From: an uncultured Bacteroidota bacterium
GTDB lineage: Bacteria > Bacteroidota > Bacteroidia > AKYH767-A > JABDAW01
Direction: 5' to 3'
Length of the DNA: 64,000 nt
NCBI GenBank assembly: GCA_903844645.1
Contig: CAIMUP010000027.1
Location: forward strand, 6,547 to 70,546
Below the pieces are notes generated by a model. The model searched no databases and was not told the origin of the DNA. It saw only the letters and a list, made by a program, of their open reading frames with translations. Positions 31,901 through 41,743 of the stretch are shown one piece after another. Each line of letters begins with the position of its first letter. Position 1 is the stretch's first letter. The translations under genes were made by a program, and so were the position numbers.

Positions 31901-33754
31901 ATTACAAATGGTTTATTCAGAGTGAGTGAAACAACTTCTTCCGTTCAATATACTGCTTCGACAACCATGACCATTCCTTCGACAGGTGGTTTGGAATTGA
32001 ATGGTGGAAATCTTGTTTCCGGTAATTATTCTATAACTAATAATGGTTTATTCCGAATGACATCTTTAGCTGCCGATGATACATTAGGAACAACAGCGGG
32101 CAATTCCATTACCAATAGCGGAGCTGGTTCCTTAATGGATATTCAGGGTGGTAAATTAACTGTGGCATCACAAATTATTGTGAAAAGCGGTGCCACTTTT
32201 AAGTTTGATGATATGAACACCAATAACTACATCAACAACGGCGGTCAGCAAGATACCATCGTTCTTAATAAACAAGGAACTACCAATAATACCCAAGCCC
32301 TTTTTGAAGTAGATGCCACCTCGAAAATGTACATCACCGATGGATACTTTATTTTCCACAATCCTAATTCAGGTACTGGGTATGATTTAAGATTCAGCAA
32401 CGGGTCAGGAACAAAATTCTTAGACGCAAATAACAGCAGCACCTTCCAATTTGGTGAGGCAAGCACCACTTCGGCTTCCGCAATTTTCAAAATGGTAGAT
32501 ACTGCCGGGCTGGTGTTCAGTAATATCACCATCAATCCGGGTGGAGGTCATGATACAGTCTATTTTTATTCCCCAATTTCGTTGAATTCAAACGGAGCAT
32601 TTGCCTTGAATAGCGGAATATTAAAATTGAACAGCAACAAGCTCACTTTAATGAACTCCAGTACCAACGCCATCACCCGTACTACCGGTTTTGTAATCTC
32701 TGAAAGTGCTACAAATTTAAGTTCTATCAAGTGGAATATCCCTATTGATTTCGTTGCCCATCGGTATCCTTTTGCGAATAGCAGCGGTACGTTCATCCCC
32801 TTCTATTTCCAAGGAACGGGAGGCACCGGAACGTATGTAACAGTAGCCACTTATGCCCCTACTACCAATGTTATTTCGCATACACCGTACCCGCCTACCG
32901 TTACCCATATCCGGAATACCGCAGGCGTGAACGATAGCGCATATATGGTCAATAGATTCTGGCAAATTGATGCCGATACCTCTATCGGACATCCTACAGC
33001 AACGATGTATTTCAAATATGCCGCTGCCGAAGCTCCCGCAATAAATAATACCACCGCCCTCAATGCCCAACGATGGAATGCAGGAAATACAGGATGGTTT
33101 CAGCCAACAGGTTCCCAATCGTGGGTCGGTGGTGCAAGCGATTCGGTGAGAACACCCAGTGTTTCTACATTTTCTCCCTGGACATTAGCCCAAACAGGGC
33201 ATTCATTGCCGATTGAATTATTAAACTTTACAGCGACATATAATGGATTGAATGTGGACTTAAACTGGTCAACAGCCTCTGAAACGAACAACGAATATTT
33301 CACTATTTTAAGGACAGTAAACAATTCAGATTTCGATTTCATTACCTCCGTTGCAGGTGCGGGGAATACCAATATTTTTACCAATTACCACGCCGTAGAT
33401 TACAAGCCCTTGACCGGACTTTCTTATTATCAATTGAAGCAAACCGATTTCGATGGGCATACCACGCTGTCGGACCTGAAACCGATTACCATCGGCAACA
33501 CGGTGTTCGAGATTAAGAACATTTATTCCAATCACGATGAAAGCACCATCCACGTGTTGGTGAATGATAATGTGAACGAAAATATCACCGTGCTGTTGGT
33601 AGATGTATTGGGGAATGTGATGGTTCGTCAAAAAGAAGCTCTCACAAGCACCGCTTCCGACATTAAAATTAATGCCGCCAATCTCCCACTCGGCATCTAT
33701 TTTATCACCGTCCAATCCGATACCAAGGTGATTACCGGAAAGGTGATTTATTAA
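28985..33754 (+). CDS. Large T9SS-secreted surface protein (1589 aa), function unknown
   Basis: Signal peptide. Duplicated 'PFTFNYDG..NYFYISTNGFIVL / LPFTFHFFGYNRSALYVCTNGFVEF' domains. Long Thr/Asn/Gly-rich beta-helix-like middle. C-terminal 'KNIYSNHDESTIHVLVND...LPLGIYFITVQSDTKVITGKVIY' Por_Secre_tail. Confidence 0.75.
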   Translation: MIQNLQNAVRMLVVSLFCIVSINAFGVLNQYNVQRLQLYTSGNHPTSIYWQDMYSATYNSGRVLPTWNYTATTYTDNNLSTPQALPFTFNYDGINNNYFYISTNGFIVLDTLSSATLASKQLPMYASNANRGRNAGTASADTAYNGSYLSFVHSPNPVSPYSNNKSYSARTIAPFYTDLVPGTVNSTPSTLAADICWYYSPGNITTGDTMVIIEWRQLKLVAWTGDYRRCWFQARLHKTTGIIEFYYFWNANQYTTAYPQNYLCGLNSATWAAAPTYANNFMQSTANSTTFAASSTASALSAPEAQKYKLVFTKVVATADLTVSNISPPISDTCGYSSSQIIVDSIHNTGSTLTFDATHILKVYSQITDSVNGAQVWTALDSGTYTSTFTTNTTIGVQMLHTWNFSAGGQYTIRTYLKDSVYCNPTTLIDGNLLDNSTTVTIYNSKVTASSDVSTMCSGVYTYLHASPTINHAVDSLYYTHYTKMTYSAPAVPTHQITSWTGGSNDGTAYVALPFTFHFFGYNRSALYVCTNGFVEFECAYTTPSTSLPDNNAICPSALDCIGVAWSDMRLDLGGSIYWDTVGTTPNREFILRYNRVYDSTNATAVSAYMILHETTNLIEFQNDTIPSGSYTQGIQDSLGVNAYALSSRNFNTWSATHDAYLFSSQPTYYWTASPTDASLTSTEACKQNPYVSPTVTTIYTVTMNGGNTGYPDSIGICPKTSTVTVTVTAGLGAIGAISGPATVCAYTNVTYIVPTVTNATSYIWDYSGLTGCTFLSQHTDTINLTLGGSPGGYIRVRAYMSSCGTYTAWAQLYVTIVDNVYGAGQWVGGISTDWFTVLNWCGGLPTSTIDANIDNTYYTSTYFPVIYSSGAVCKDLRMGGVNEALTINTGYNLDVYGSWWNGWNGYSATVTANSGSTVTFKGTSSLEYIDGYIPTTFANIIINRGSDTTSVIENIYGNSPPSTMNMTGNLTITNGLFRVSETTSSVQYTASTTMTIPSTGGLELNGGNLVSGNYSITNNGLFRMTSLAADDTLGTTAGNSITNSGAGSLMDIQGGKLTVASQIIVKSGATFKFDDMNTNNYINNGGQQDTIVLNKQGTTNNTQALFEVDATSKMYITDGYFIFHNPNSGTGYDLRFSNGSGTKFLDANNSSTFQFGEASTTSASAIFKMVDTAGLVFSNITINPGGGHDTVYFYSPISLNSNGAFALNSGILKLNSNKLTLMNSSTNAITRTTGFVISESATNLSSIKWNIPIDFVAHRYPFANSSGTFIPFYFQGTGGTGTYVTVATYAPTTNVISHTPYPPTVTHIRNTAGVNDSAYMVNRFWQIDADTSIGHPTATMYFKYAAAEAPAINNTTALNAQRWNAGNTGWFQPTGSQSWVGGASDSVRTPSVSTFSPWTLAQTGHSLPIELLNFTATYNGLNVDLNWSTASETNNEYFTILRTVNNSDFDFITSVAGAGNTNIFTNYHAVDYKPLTGLSYYQLKQTDFDGHTTLSDLKPITIGNTVFEIKNIYSNHDESTIHVLVNDNVNENITVLLVDVLGNVMVRQKEALTSTASDIKINAANLPLGIYFITVQSDTKVITGKVIY

Positions 33755-33819
33755 GGCAATGTTGCCATTTAATCAAACTATCCTTTATAACAATAACGCT
33801 GTTCAGGCATTGAATAACG

Positions 33820-34138
33820 TAAGTCGGGGACTGACTTACATCATTCAATCCCCGAACAACGAAGTTCGGGGACTGAATGATGTACTTCGGGGACTGAATG
33901 ATGTACTTCGGGGACAGAATGATGTACTTCGGGGACTGAATGATGTAAATCGGGGACAGAATGATGTACTTCGGGGACTGAATGATGTAAATCGGGGACT
34001 GAATGATGTACTTCGGGGACCGAATGATGTACTTCGGGGACTGAATGATGTACTTCGGGGACTGAATGATGTACTTCGGAGACCGAATGATGTACTTCGG
34101 GGACTGAATGATGTACTTCGGGGACCGAATGATGTAAT
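33820..34138. repeat. Tandem array of 21-bp units (ggactgaatgatgtacttcgg), about 13 copies, preceded by two short hairpins (gtaagtc-ggggact-gacttac; ccccgaac-aacgaa-gttcgggg)
   Basis: Direct reading. It fills the gap between the 1589-aa gene stop and the next T9SS gene start. Confidence 0.9.
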
Positions 34139-34252
34139 CCTTACACACAAATGCCCATTCCTTATATACAATAGCGAAGTCCGGGTATATGACAGGGATG
34201 TTATCTTGGAAAATCTTAAATAAATTATAGTAACGAATAAAAATTAAAGACA

Positions 34253-35179
34253 ATGAAAAGAAAACTTACAACAATCGTAATCATGTTGCCGCTTGTGTTC
34301 TTTGCATTGAGCAGCCACGCACAGTTGATGCTACTGTTCAATGAGGACTTCAATGCTGGCGGCGGAACTTTCACCCTTAACGGCACCGGTGTCGGCACAA
34401 ATACCGGCAGCAATCTATGGGTCGTGAATAACCATTACTTCCCCACGAACTGGGCTTTTCCTGCCACAATTGATGAGGACCAGGTATGTAGCACCGGGCA
34501 TATTACGGCTGCACCCTTCAGCGGATATTTGCATATCAATAATGTGTCATTGCCTACCGATAGTAATTCGGATTATAACCCTATGCATGCATCGGACCGA
34601 TTTGCTTATATGACCAATGGTGTTTCCACGATTGGCAGAGATAGCGTAGAGGTAGCGTTCTTCTACAACTGTCAAGGCTCTTCGACTGCATACGCAGAGT
34701 TCTATTATAGCAAGAACAACGGTCCGTGGATACAGGCAGGGCTGCCGAATTATAACAACGATTCTTGCTGGAAGTATGAAACAATTACCGACACGAATTT
34801 TTTAAATGCAGCGAGTTTCAGAATTGGTTTCCGATGGGTGAATGACTCCAGTTTTACCGATACTGTAAGCCAGGGAATGGGTATTGATGATATTTTTATC
34901 GTCGGACATACAGCAACAGGTGTGGAAGAAATTGCTGGAAAGTCAGCTATTACCCTCTTCCCCAACCCCGCCTCCACCATTCTTAACATGCATCAATCCA
35001 CCCCATCCCCAAATCAGCAATTAATCATCACAGACCTTCTCGGCACTGAAGTTTATAAAGAAATGCTTACCGGCATTGATAATACCATCTCTATCTCCAC
35101 TTGGAGCGCAGGTATTTATTTCTATGAAGTAAGAACCGAAAAAGAAAGCGCAAGAGGGAAGTTCGTCGTGCAGAAGTAA
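34253..35179 (+). CDS. T9SS-secreted hypothetical protein
   Basis: Signal peptide. C-terminal 'ITLFPNPASTILNM...SAGIYFYEVRTEKESARGKFVVQK' Por_Secre_tail. Confidence 0.75.
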   Translation: MKRKLTTIVIMLPLVFFALSSHAQLMLLFNEDFNAGGGTFTLNGTGVGTNTGSNLWVVNNHYFPTNWAFPATIDEDQVCSTGHITAAPFSGYLHINNVSLPTDSNSDYNPMHASDRFAYMTNGVSTIGRDSVEVAFFYNCQGSSTAYAEFYYSKNNGPWIQAGLPNYNNDSCWKYETITDTNFLNAASFRIGFRWVNDSSFTDTVSQGMGIDDIFIVGHTATGVEEIAGKSAITLFPNPASTILNMHQSTPSPNQQLIITDLLGTEVYKEMLTGIDNTISISTWSAGIYFYEVRTEKESARGKFVVQK

Positions 35180-35207
35180 AGCATACTACCTAAATCATAA
35201 AATAAAA

Positions 35208-35236
35208 AAGCGGTACAAAGCGTGCCGCTTTTTTAT
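35208..35236 (+). terminator. Rho-independent terminator (agcggtac-aaag-cgtgccgct + T6)
   Basis: GC-rich 8-bp stem with one mismatch, then TTTTTT, 30 bp after the stop at 35179. Confidence 0.6.
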
Positions 35237-35278
35237 GATGATAAATGTCATATTTAAGATTCCCATTTCTTTTTAATT

Positions 35279-36475
35279 TTGCCCCAACAAATAAATAAAA
35301 ATACTATGCCACAATATCACTCCCAAGGGAAGTTCCCCCACAAGCGTCACACCATCTATCGCAAGCCCGATGGAAAACTCTATGCCGAAGAATTGGTCTC
35401 CTCCGAAGGCTTCTCCAACATCTATTCTTTAATCTATCATGCCCACCCGCCGACCATGATTAAACACGTCGGCGAATCCTATTCCGTCGAACCAAAAGTC
35501 GCCTATCAAAGGCATTTGAATCATGAAAGTTTCATCGGCTTCATGGTAGCTCCCGAGAATGATTATCTGCAAAGCCGCAAACATATTCTCGTCAATAACG
35601 ATCTGAATATTTGCCTCGCCTCGCCATTGGATTCCATGAAAGATTATTTCTATAAGAATGCCGATTCCGATGAAGTAATTTTTGTCCATATCGGCTCCGG
35701 AACTTTGAAAACAATCTATGGCAGCATCGAATTCTCCTATGGCGATTACCTGGTCATCCCACGAGGCACAATTTATCAAATAGAATTCAACAGTCCCGAC
35801 AACCGCCTCCTGATTGTAGAATCCCATTCCCCGATAATTACCCCGAAGCGATACCGCAATGAATACGGGCAACTCCTCGAACATTCCCCCTACTGCGAGC
35901 GCGACATCCGCAAGCCCATGAACCTCGAAACGCATGATGAAAAAGGCGACTTCAAAGTCATGATTAAAAAGCAAGGAATGATGTATCCCTTCACCTACGG
36001 AACCCACCCTTTCGATGCCATAGGCTGGGATGGAAACCTCTATCCCTGGGCGTTCTCCATCCACGATTTCGAGCCCATAACAGGTCGCGTGCACCAGCCG
36101 CCTCCCGTGCATCAAACCTTCGAAGCCCACAACTTCGTCATCTGTTCATTCTGCCCTCGCCTCTTCGATTATCATCCACAATCCATCCCTGCGCCCTACA
36201 ACCACTCCAACATAGATTCCGACGAAGTGCTCTACTATGTTGATGGCGATTTCATGTCCCGCAAAAGTGTCGTAAAAGGACAGATAACCCTGCATCCCGG
36301 CGGCATTCCACACGGTCCCCATCCCGGCACAGTAGAGAAAAGCATCGGAGCAAAAGAAACCCTCGAACTCGCAGTAATGATAGACACCTTCAAGCCCCTC
36401 TGGCTCACCGAAGACTCTCTTAAAATCAAAACCGATGACTACCATTTATCATGGATGGAATTAGGATCAGAATAA
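35279..36475 (+). CDS. hmgA: Homogentisate 1,2-dioxygenase (Bacteroidota short form)
   Basis: About 390 aa cupin-type protein. N-terminus 'YHSQGKFPHKRHTIYRKPDG.LY.EEL...GF' and conserved His/Glu ligands ('HIGSGTL', 'HPGGIPHGPHPG') typical of HGD. The start could also be the Met at 35309. Confidence 0.65.
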   Translation: MPQQINKNTMPQYHSQGKFPHKRHTIYRKPDGKLYAEELVSSEGFSNIYSLIYHAHPPTMIKHVGESYSVEPKVAYQRHLNHESFIGFMVAPENDYLQSRKHILVNNDLNICLASPLDSMKDYFYKNADSDEVIFVHIGSGTLKTIYGSIEFSYGDYLVIPRGTIYQIEFNSPDNRLLIVESHSPIITPKRYRNEYGQLLEHSPYCERDIRKPMNLETHDEKGDFKVMIKKQGMMYPFTYGTHPFDAIGWDGNLYPWAFSIHDFEPITGRVHQPPPVHQTFEAHNFVICSFCPRLFDYHPQSIPAPYNHSNIDSDEVLYYVDGDFMSRKSVVKGQITLHPGGIPHGPHPGTVEKSIGAKETLELAVMIDTFKPLWLTEDSLKIKTDDYHLSWMELGSE

Positions 36476-36552
36476 TCATCATCTTCCTTTTATTGCAGCA
36501 CCGCCAGAGCGGGTGGTAGCATAAAAGGATGAAAGAAAAAATTGAACAATGG

Positions 36553-37392
36553 TCAAATTGGAAAATCAATAATTGAAATATCTAAACCATTCTCTGCAAT
36601 AACAGATTTCTTAAATTCAACATGTGGAATATTGATTCTTGCAATTTTAATAATTTCATTAATATTTTCTTCAGTCATTAATGAGCCGAAAATAATTTCT
36701 TTATAAGCAATTGAAGGCAATGTTTTTGTCCTTGTTTCTCTGGTATATGGAATTTGAGACCACCGAAACGCCCTATATTCTTCTTCAAAATTCCAGTTAT
36801 CTAATTTGTTAAAAATTTGCGTAAGCATTTGTTCCTCAAAACACATTCTTGGATACGGCATAATTTTCGGTAATTCATTACGATATTTAACAACATCACC
36901 ACCACCTACAAATTTAAACAAGATTTTTGACTCGAATCCAATACAAAAGCCTTTATGATTATTGCTATACTTTTTCCACATTTCAAAATTACTTGGGTTA
37001 GCAGTTAAACTGAGAATTCCAACAGTACTGTCAAATTCATTAAAACTCTCCCCTTCAAGTTTTTTTAAGTATTCTTTGTTTTTAAAAGGATTGCTGCTTG
37101 CAAAATCACTTGCATTTTTTCTGCGCTGTATTCTACTCAATCCTTCATTAGACTCTTTTGATAATTCCGCATGTCTTTTTTTAATTTCGTCTCTTTTTAA
37201 CAAATCATATCTTGTTGGATTTTTACAGTCAAAAGGATCCTCAAACCCTGAAGCTGGAGACAAATAGACTTGTAAATCTTGAATTATAGATTTATGAAAC
37301 TTATCACCCCAATCTCTATATTTATAAATTGGATTGGGGAATTTTAGGTCTTCGTATTTAATTTGTACTGTTTTGCATTTTGATTTCATCAC
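36553..37392 (-). CDS. DUF2971-family protein
   Basis: 'IYKYRDW...YLSPASGFEDPFDC' matches the DUF2971 'FNDPFE' signature. The gene is markedly AT-rich compared with its surroundings. Confidence 0.55.
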   Translation of the reverse strand: MMKSKCKTVQIKYEDLKFPNPIYKYRDWGDKFHKSIIQDLQVYLSPASGFEDPFDCKNPTRYDLLKRDEIKKRHAELSKESNEGLSRIQRRKNASDFASSNPFKNKEYLKKLEGESFNEFDSTVGILSLTANPSNFEMWKKYSNNHKGFCIGFESKILFKFVGGGDVVKYRNELPKIMPYPRMCFEEQMLTQIFNKLDNWNFEEEYRAFRWSQIPYTRETRTKTLPSIAYKEIIFGSLMTEENINEIIKIARINIPHVEFKKSVIAENGLDISIIDFPI

Positions 37393-37517
37393 GCAAAACT
37401 ATAAAAAAGCCCGCATGTATGAGATTTCTTGGTCTAATAAAATTTCCTTCTCCAAGGATTCTACACTTAGAAACCCGCCGAATCCTTGAAAAACCCAATT
37501 TTGCCCCCCCTCACTCC

Positions 37518-37783
37518 CAACTTTGGTCGTCTCGGGTTTAACTTTAGCCTCCACGGGTTTGACTTTGGTCGTCTCGGGTTTAACTTTAGCCTCCACGGGT
37601 TTGACTTTGGTTGTCTCGGGTTTAACTTTAGCCCCCAAGTCTCCAACTTTAGCCCCCTCGGGTTTGACTTTAACGCCCACGAGTCCAACTTTAGCCCCCT
37701 CCGGTCCGACTTTAAGACCCACTGGTTTAACTTTAATCGCCTCCATTTTAACTTTACTCCCCCTGCCTCCAACTTTAATATTC
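37518..37783. repeat. Tandem array of two interleaved 21-bp units (gactttggtcgtctcgggttt / aactttagcctccacgggttt), about 12 copies
   Basis: Direct reading. Lies upstream of the DUF2971 gene start. Confidence 0.9.
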
Positions 37784-37810
37784 TCAAGTCAGATAAATAT
37801 TGGCAAGTAA

Positions 37811-38085
37811 ATTCCACAACACTCATGTAAATCTGGAACACTCATGTAAATTCCACAACACTCATGTAAAACCCAAGAACACTCATGTAAGCATCAAGAA
37901 CAGTCATGTAACTACCAACAACACTCATGTAAGCACCAACAACACTCATGTAAAACCCAAGAACACTCGTGTAACTCCCAACAACACTCATGTAAGTACC
38001 AAGAACATTCGTGTAACTACCAAGAACACTCATGTAAGCACTAAGAACACTCATGTAATTACCAAAAACACTCGTTACAAAACCC
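37811..38085. repeat. Tandem array of 21-bp units (aacactcatgtaaaacccaag), about 13 copies; only about 25 bp from the preceding array
   Basis: Direct reading. Two unrelated arrays sit back-to-back between the DUF2971 gene and the fadD-like gene. Confidence 0.9.
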
Positions 38086-38110
38086 TAAACCTTAGACTTT
38101 AAACCTTAAA

Positions 38111-39907
38111 CTATTCTTCATAAATCCTCTCAATCAACCCCGCATTCCTCCCCATAATAATCTTCCTCTTCAACTTCATAGTAGGTGTCAAATCGCCTGA
38201 TTCCACAGTCCATTCAGCAGGTAGCAACTCAAACTTCTTGATTTGTTCCACATGCCCAAGGTCGTTATTAAACCTTGTAACTTCTTCCTGTATTCTTTCA
38301 ATCACAGAAGCATTTTTGCAAATATCTTCATGACTATTCGGCAATGCAATTCCTTTTATCTTAGCCCAATCTTTTATGTAATGAATATCAGGAATAATCA
38401 ACGCAGCAGGGAATCTCTGGTTCTCACCGATAACCATTATCTGCTCGATGAAAGGCGATTCCTTAAACTTATTTTCGATAGCCTGTGGCGCAATATATTT
38501 CCCTCCCGAAGTCTTGAATATCTCCTTCTTCCGATCCGTGATCTTCAAAAACTTCCCATCAAACATCCCGATGTCGCCGGTATGAAAGTAGCCATCCTTA
38601 TCAATGGCTTCGGCAGTTAAATCAGGGCGTTTGTAATATCCCAGCATCACATTCGGACCTCTCACAATGATCTCTCCATCCTCTGCTAGCTTAACTTCAA
38701 CATCCTTAATTACCGGACCAATAGTCCCGAATTTACAATCCCCCTTATCCAAAGTATTGACAGAAATAACAGGTGAAGTTTCCGTTAATCCATACCCCTC
38801 AATAACAGGAATCCTCGCCGCCCAAAAGATGCGTTGTAAGCGAGGTTGAAGCGCAGCGCTGCCGGTAACAATCCCACGAATATTCCCTCCCAAAGCCTCT
38901 CTCCATTTGCTAAAGATAAGTTTGTTGGCGATCTTCAACTGGAACTCGTACCACCAACCATTCGCCCCATCAAATTCATATCGCAATCCCAAATCAACTG
39001 CCCAGAAGAAAAGAAATTTCTTAATGCCTTTCTGTTCCTTTCCCTTGTTAATAATCTTTGCATAAACCTTCTCAATCAATCGCGGCACAGCAGAGAAAAA
39101 ATAGGGTTTAATCTCCCGAATATTATCCCCGATCTTATCAATACTCTCTGCATAACAAATCGTTGCGCCAAGATAAATATACATGTAAACAATAGTCCGC
39201 TCGAAGATGTGATTGATAGGCAAAAAACTCAGCACCTTCTCCCGAAAAGAAACCGGCACAAGATGATCGCAAGAAATAATATTACTCAAGATATTCGCAT
39301 GAGACAACATCACTCCTTTCGGCGTGCCAGTAGTGCCCGAAGTATAAATGATAGTAGCCAGATCATTCCCCTTGATGCTATCTTTCAGCCTGTTTAATTT
39401 CTCCAAATCAACATGCTGATTGCCTAAATCTCTAACCTCTGTCCAATGCTTTGCACCATCAATTTTATTAAAAGTATAAACAGCTTTTATTGTGGTAGAA
39501 TCTTTAAGGATACTTTGAACCTTATTATATAAAATCTCATCCGAAACAAACACCAACTTCACCTCCGCATCATTAAAGATAAACTTAAATTCCTCCTCAC
39601 TAATGGTAGGATAAATCGGAACATGCACAGCCCCGATCTGCAACATAGCCATGTCCAAATAATTCCATTCAGGACGATTATTCGAGATGGTAGCAATCTT
39701 ATCTCCAACACCAATCCCCAATGAAATCAAGCCATAGGAGAGGCTTTCAGAATTCGCAACAAATTCATCAATGGTATGATTAATCCATTTTCCATCTTCT
39801 TTGTAAACAAAAATATCTCCCTCTTTGTATGTCTCTTTGAGGCGTGTCAGCAGATCGAACAAGCGTGTTGGTTGGTTGGTAATGTTCATTATGTTTATTG
39901 AGTTCAT
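38111..39907 (-). CDS. Long-chain fatty acid-CoA ligase (AMP-dependent synthetase/ligase family)
   Basis: AMP-binding signature 'IYTSGTTGTPKGVMLSHANI', 'YGLTE' motif, C-terminal 'GDLTPTMKLKR'. Confidence 0.85.
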   Translation of the reverse strand: MNSINIMNITNQPTRLFDLLTRLKETYKEGDIFVYKEDGKWINHTIDEFVANSESLSYGLISLGIGVGDKIATISNNRPEWNYLDMAMLQIGAVHVPIYPTISEEEFKFIFNDAEVKLVFVSDEILYNKVQSILKDSTTIKAVYTFNKIDGAKHWTEVRDLGNQHVDLEKLNRLKDSIKGNDLATIIYTSGTTGTPKGVMLSHANILSNIISCDHLVPVSFREKVLSFLPINHIFERTIVYMYIYLGATICYAESIDKIGDNIREIKPYFFSAVPRLIEKVYAKIINKGKEQKGIKKFLFFWAVDLGLRYEFDGANGWWYEFQLKIANKLIFSKWREALGGNIRGIVTGSAALQPRLQRIFWAARIPVIEGYGLTETSPVISVNTLDKGDCKFGTIGPVIKDVEVKLAEDGEIIVRGPNVMLGYYKRPDLTAEAIDKDGYFHTGDIGMFDGKFLKITDRKKEIFKTSGGKYIAPQAIENKFKESPFIEQIMVIGENQRFPAALIIPDIHYIKDWAKIKGIALPNSHEDICKNASVIERIQEEVTRFNNDLGHVEQIKKFELLPAEWTVESGDLTPTMKLKRKIIMGRNAGLIERIYEE

Positions 39908-39941
39908 TAAGATTAATTAGTTTTGCAAAAATAGAAAAGCG

Positions 39942-40958
39942 ATGACAATAGAAAACGACCTCACCCAAATGCTGAATATTAAGTTCCCGATGATCATGGC
40001 ACCAATGTTTTTAGTATCCAACGAAGAGATGATGAAAGCAGCGATGAACAGGGGAATTATGGGCGTATTCCCGACATTGAATTATCGGAAGGAAGATGAA
40101 TTATCAACCATTCTGAATCATCTTAACGAACATAAATTAACCCCTCCGCCCAAGACCGGCAGCTTCGGTGTAAACCTGATTGTTCAGAAAACGAATCCCT
40201 TTTTCCAGAAGCATTTGAAGATTTGCATAGATAAGAAAGTTCCCTTTTATATCACGTCTCTCGGCAATCCCAAAGAGGTCATTGAGGCAGCGCACAGCTA
40301 TGGTGCCAAGGTCTTTTGCGATGTCACCAATCTCCTACATGCAGCCAAGGCAGCCAGTGTTTCCTGCGATGGATTCATAGCCGTTGGGCAAGGTGCTGGC
40401 GGTCATGCGGGTCCCCATCCCTTGTCGGTTTTGATACCTGCTTTGAAGCGCGATTTTCCACATATTCCCGTCATTGCCGCAGGTGGAATAGCCAATGGAC
40501 ACGGCATCGCATCTGCCCTGATGGCTGGGGCTTCAGGCGTTTCCATCGGCACACGATTCATTGCCTCCGATGAAGCCAAAGTCAGCCAGGCATACAAAGA
40601 TGCCATCGTGAATTCCGGTATGGATGACATCGTCATGACAGACCGTCTTTCGGGCACTCCAAGCTCCATACTCAATACCGATTATGCAAAGAAAATCGGA
40701 ACGAAACAAAATTTCATAGAGCGATATTTATCCAATCACAAAGCCACAAAAAAGTATTTCAAGATGCTCATCCAGCTACGCGGCATGAAGAAATTAGAAC
40801 AAGCCATCATCCCCGGCAATTACAAAACCCTGTGGGAAGCCGGGCAATCCGTCGAGCTAATCACCGACATAAAACCCTGCTCCGAAATCATCAAAACATT
40901 AATCCAAGAAACCGAAGCCGCTATTCAGGAATTCGAGAAGACAATTCGTAATTCCTAA
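39942..40958 (+). CDS. Nitronate monooxygenase / FabK-like FMN-dependent oxidoreductase (NMO family)
   Basis: 'GFIAVGQGAGGHAG' and 'IAAGGIANG' TIM-barrel FMN-binding motifs of the 2-nitropropane dioxygenase family. Confidence 0.8.
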   Translation: MTIENDLTQMLNIKFPMIMAPMFLVSNEEMMKAAMNRGIMGVFPTLNYRKEDELSTILNHLNEHKLTPPPKTGSFGVNLIVQKTNPFFQKHLKICIDKKVPFYITSLGNPKEVIEAAHSYGAKVFCDVTNLLHAAKAASVSCDGFIAVGQGAGGHAGPHPLSVLIPALKRDFPHIPVIAAGGIANGHGIASALMAGASGVSIGTRFIASDEAKVSQAYKDAIVNSGMDDIVMTDRLSGTPSSILNTDYAKKIGTKQNFIERYLSNHKATKKYFKMLIQLRGMKKLEQAIIPGNYKTLWEAGQSVELITDIKPCSEIIKTLIQETEAAIQEFEKTIRNS

Positions 40959-41095
40959 TTTTAATTTCCTGATACTATTCATCATCGTTTTGTTGCACCT
41001 CCCCGAGGTCGGTATCACAAAACGATGATAAAATAAAAAATGTAAATCCCACGAATGAATCCTGACAGCTGCCCCCTGCTGCTGTCAGGTTTCAT

Positions 41096-41704
41096 TCAGC
41101 TTAATAAACTCGACTTATTATACATTTTAATAAACTCCTGAAACCCCTGATAATAGTCAAAAGGCATACTAAGTTCATCATACATTTTCTCATATTTATT
41201 CAACCAAGGAAGATAATCTTCTTTAGTTGAATTAGCAGAATCAATTATTGAAACTTCCTCTAATGCTCTATTACAAATCTCAAGTGTAGATAGATACCAC
41301 TTTGAAGGAACGTAATCAGCTTTCTCATCAGTTCCAAAGATAAGAGATAGACCTCCCATAGATTTTACTCCAGGAGCATCAGTTATAAATTCAGAACAAT
41401 GGTAAATATCAGTAACATCTGTCTCGCTTCCAAAAAAGATTAAGTTGATATATTTCCTCGAATGATTACCCATAAAACAATAACCCTTACTACCAAAATT
41501 ACAACTTTTCAATCCACACTCCCCTTTATGAATCTCCAATTCACTATCACCAAACTTTTTAAATTCCTCGAAAACTCCATTCACCTTCCTCAAAAAGACA
41601 TCCTTCTTTACACCATAATAAATGCTCGAATCATCAATAACCATCCCAAGCATCTCAATATCCATTTGAGAAAAGTATTTTACTATTGCATCTTTTTTAA
41701 GCAT
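41096..41704 (-). CDS. Hypothetical protein (Cys-rich; co-transcribed with the Cas4-like nuclease gene)
   Basis: 202-aa ORF ending 40 bp downstream of the nuclease gene on the same strand. Very AT-rich. Contains a 'HKGECGLKSCNFGSKGYCF...YHCSEF' cysteine cluster. No recognisable family. Confidence 0.5.
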   Translation of the reverse strand: MLKKDAIVKYFSQMDIEMLGMVIDDSSIYYGVKKDVFLRKVNGVFEEFKKFGDSELEIHKGECGLKSCNFGSKGYCFMGNHSRKYINLIFFGSETDVTDIYHCSEFITDAPGVKSMGGLSLIFGTDEKADYVPSKWYLSTLEICNRALEEVSIIDSANSTKEDYLPWLNKYEKMYDELSMPFDYYQGFQEFIKMYNKSSLLS

Positions 41705-41743
41705 ATCATTTACTTAAATTTTTTATCATTGGAAATTTTTTTG

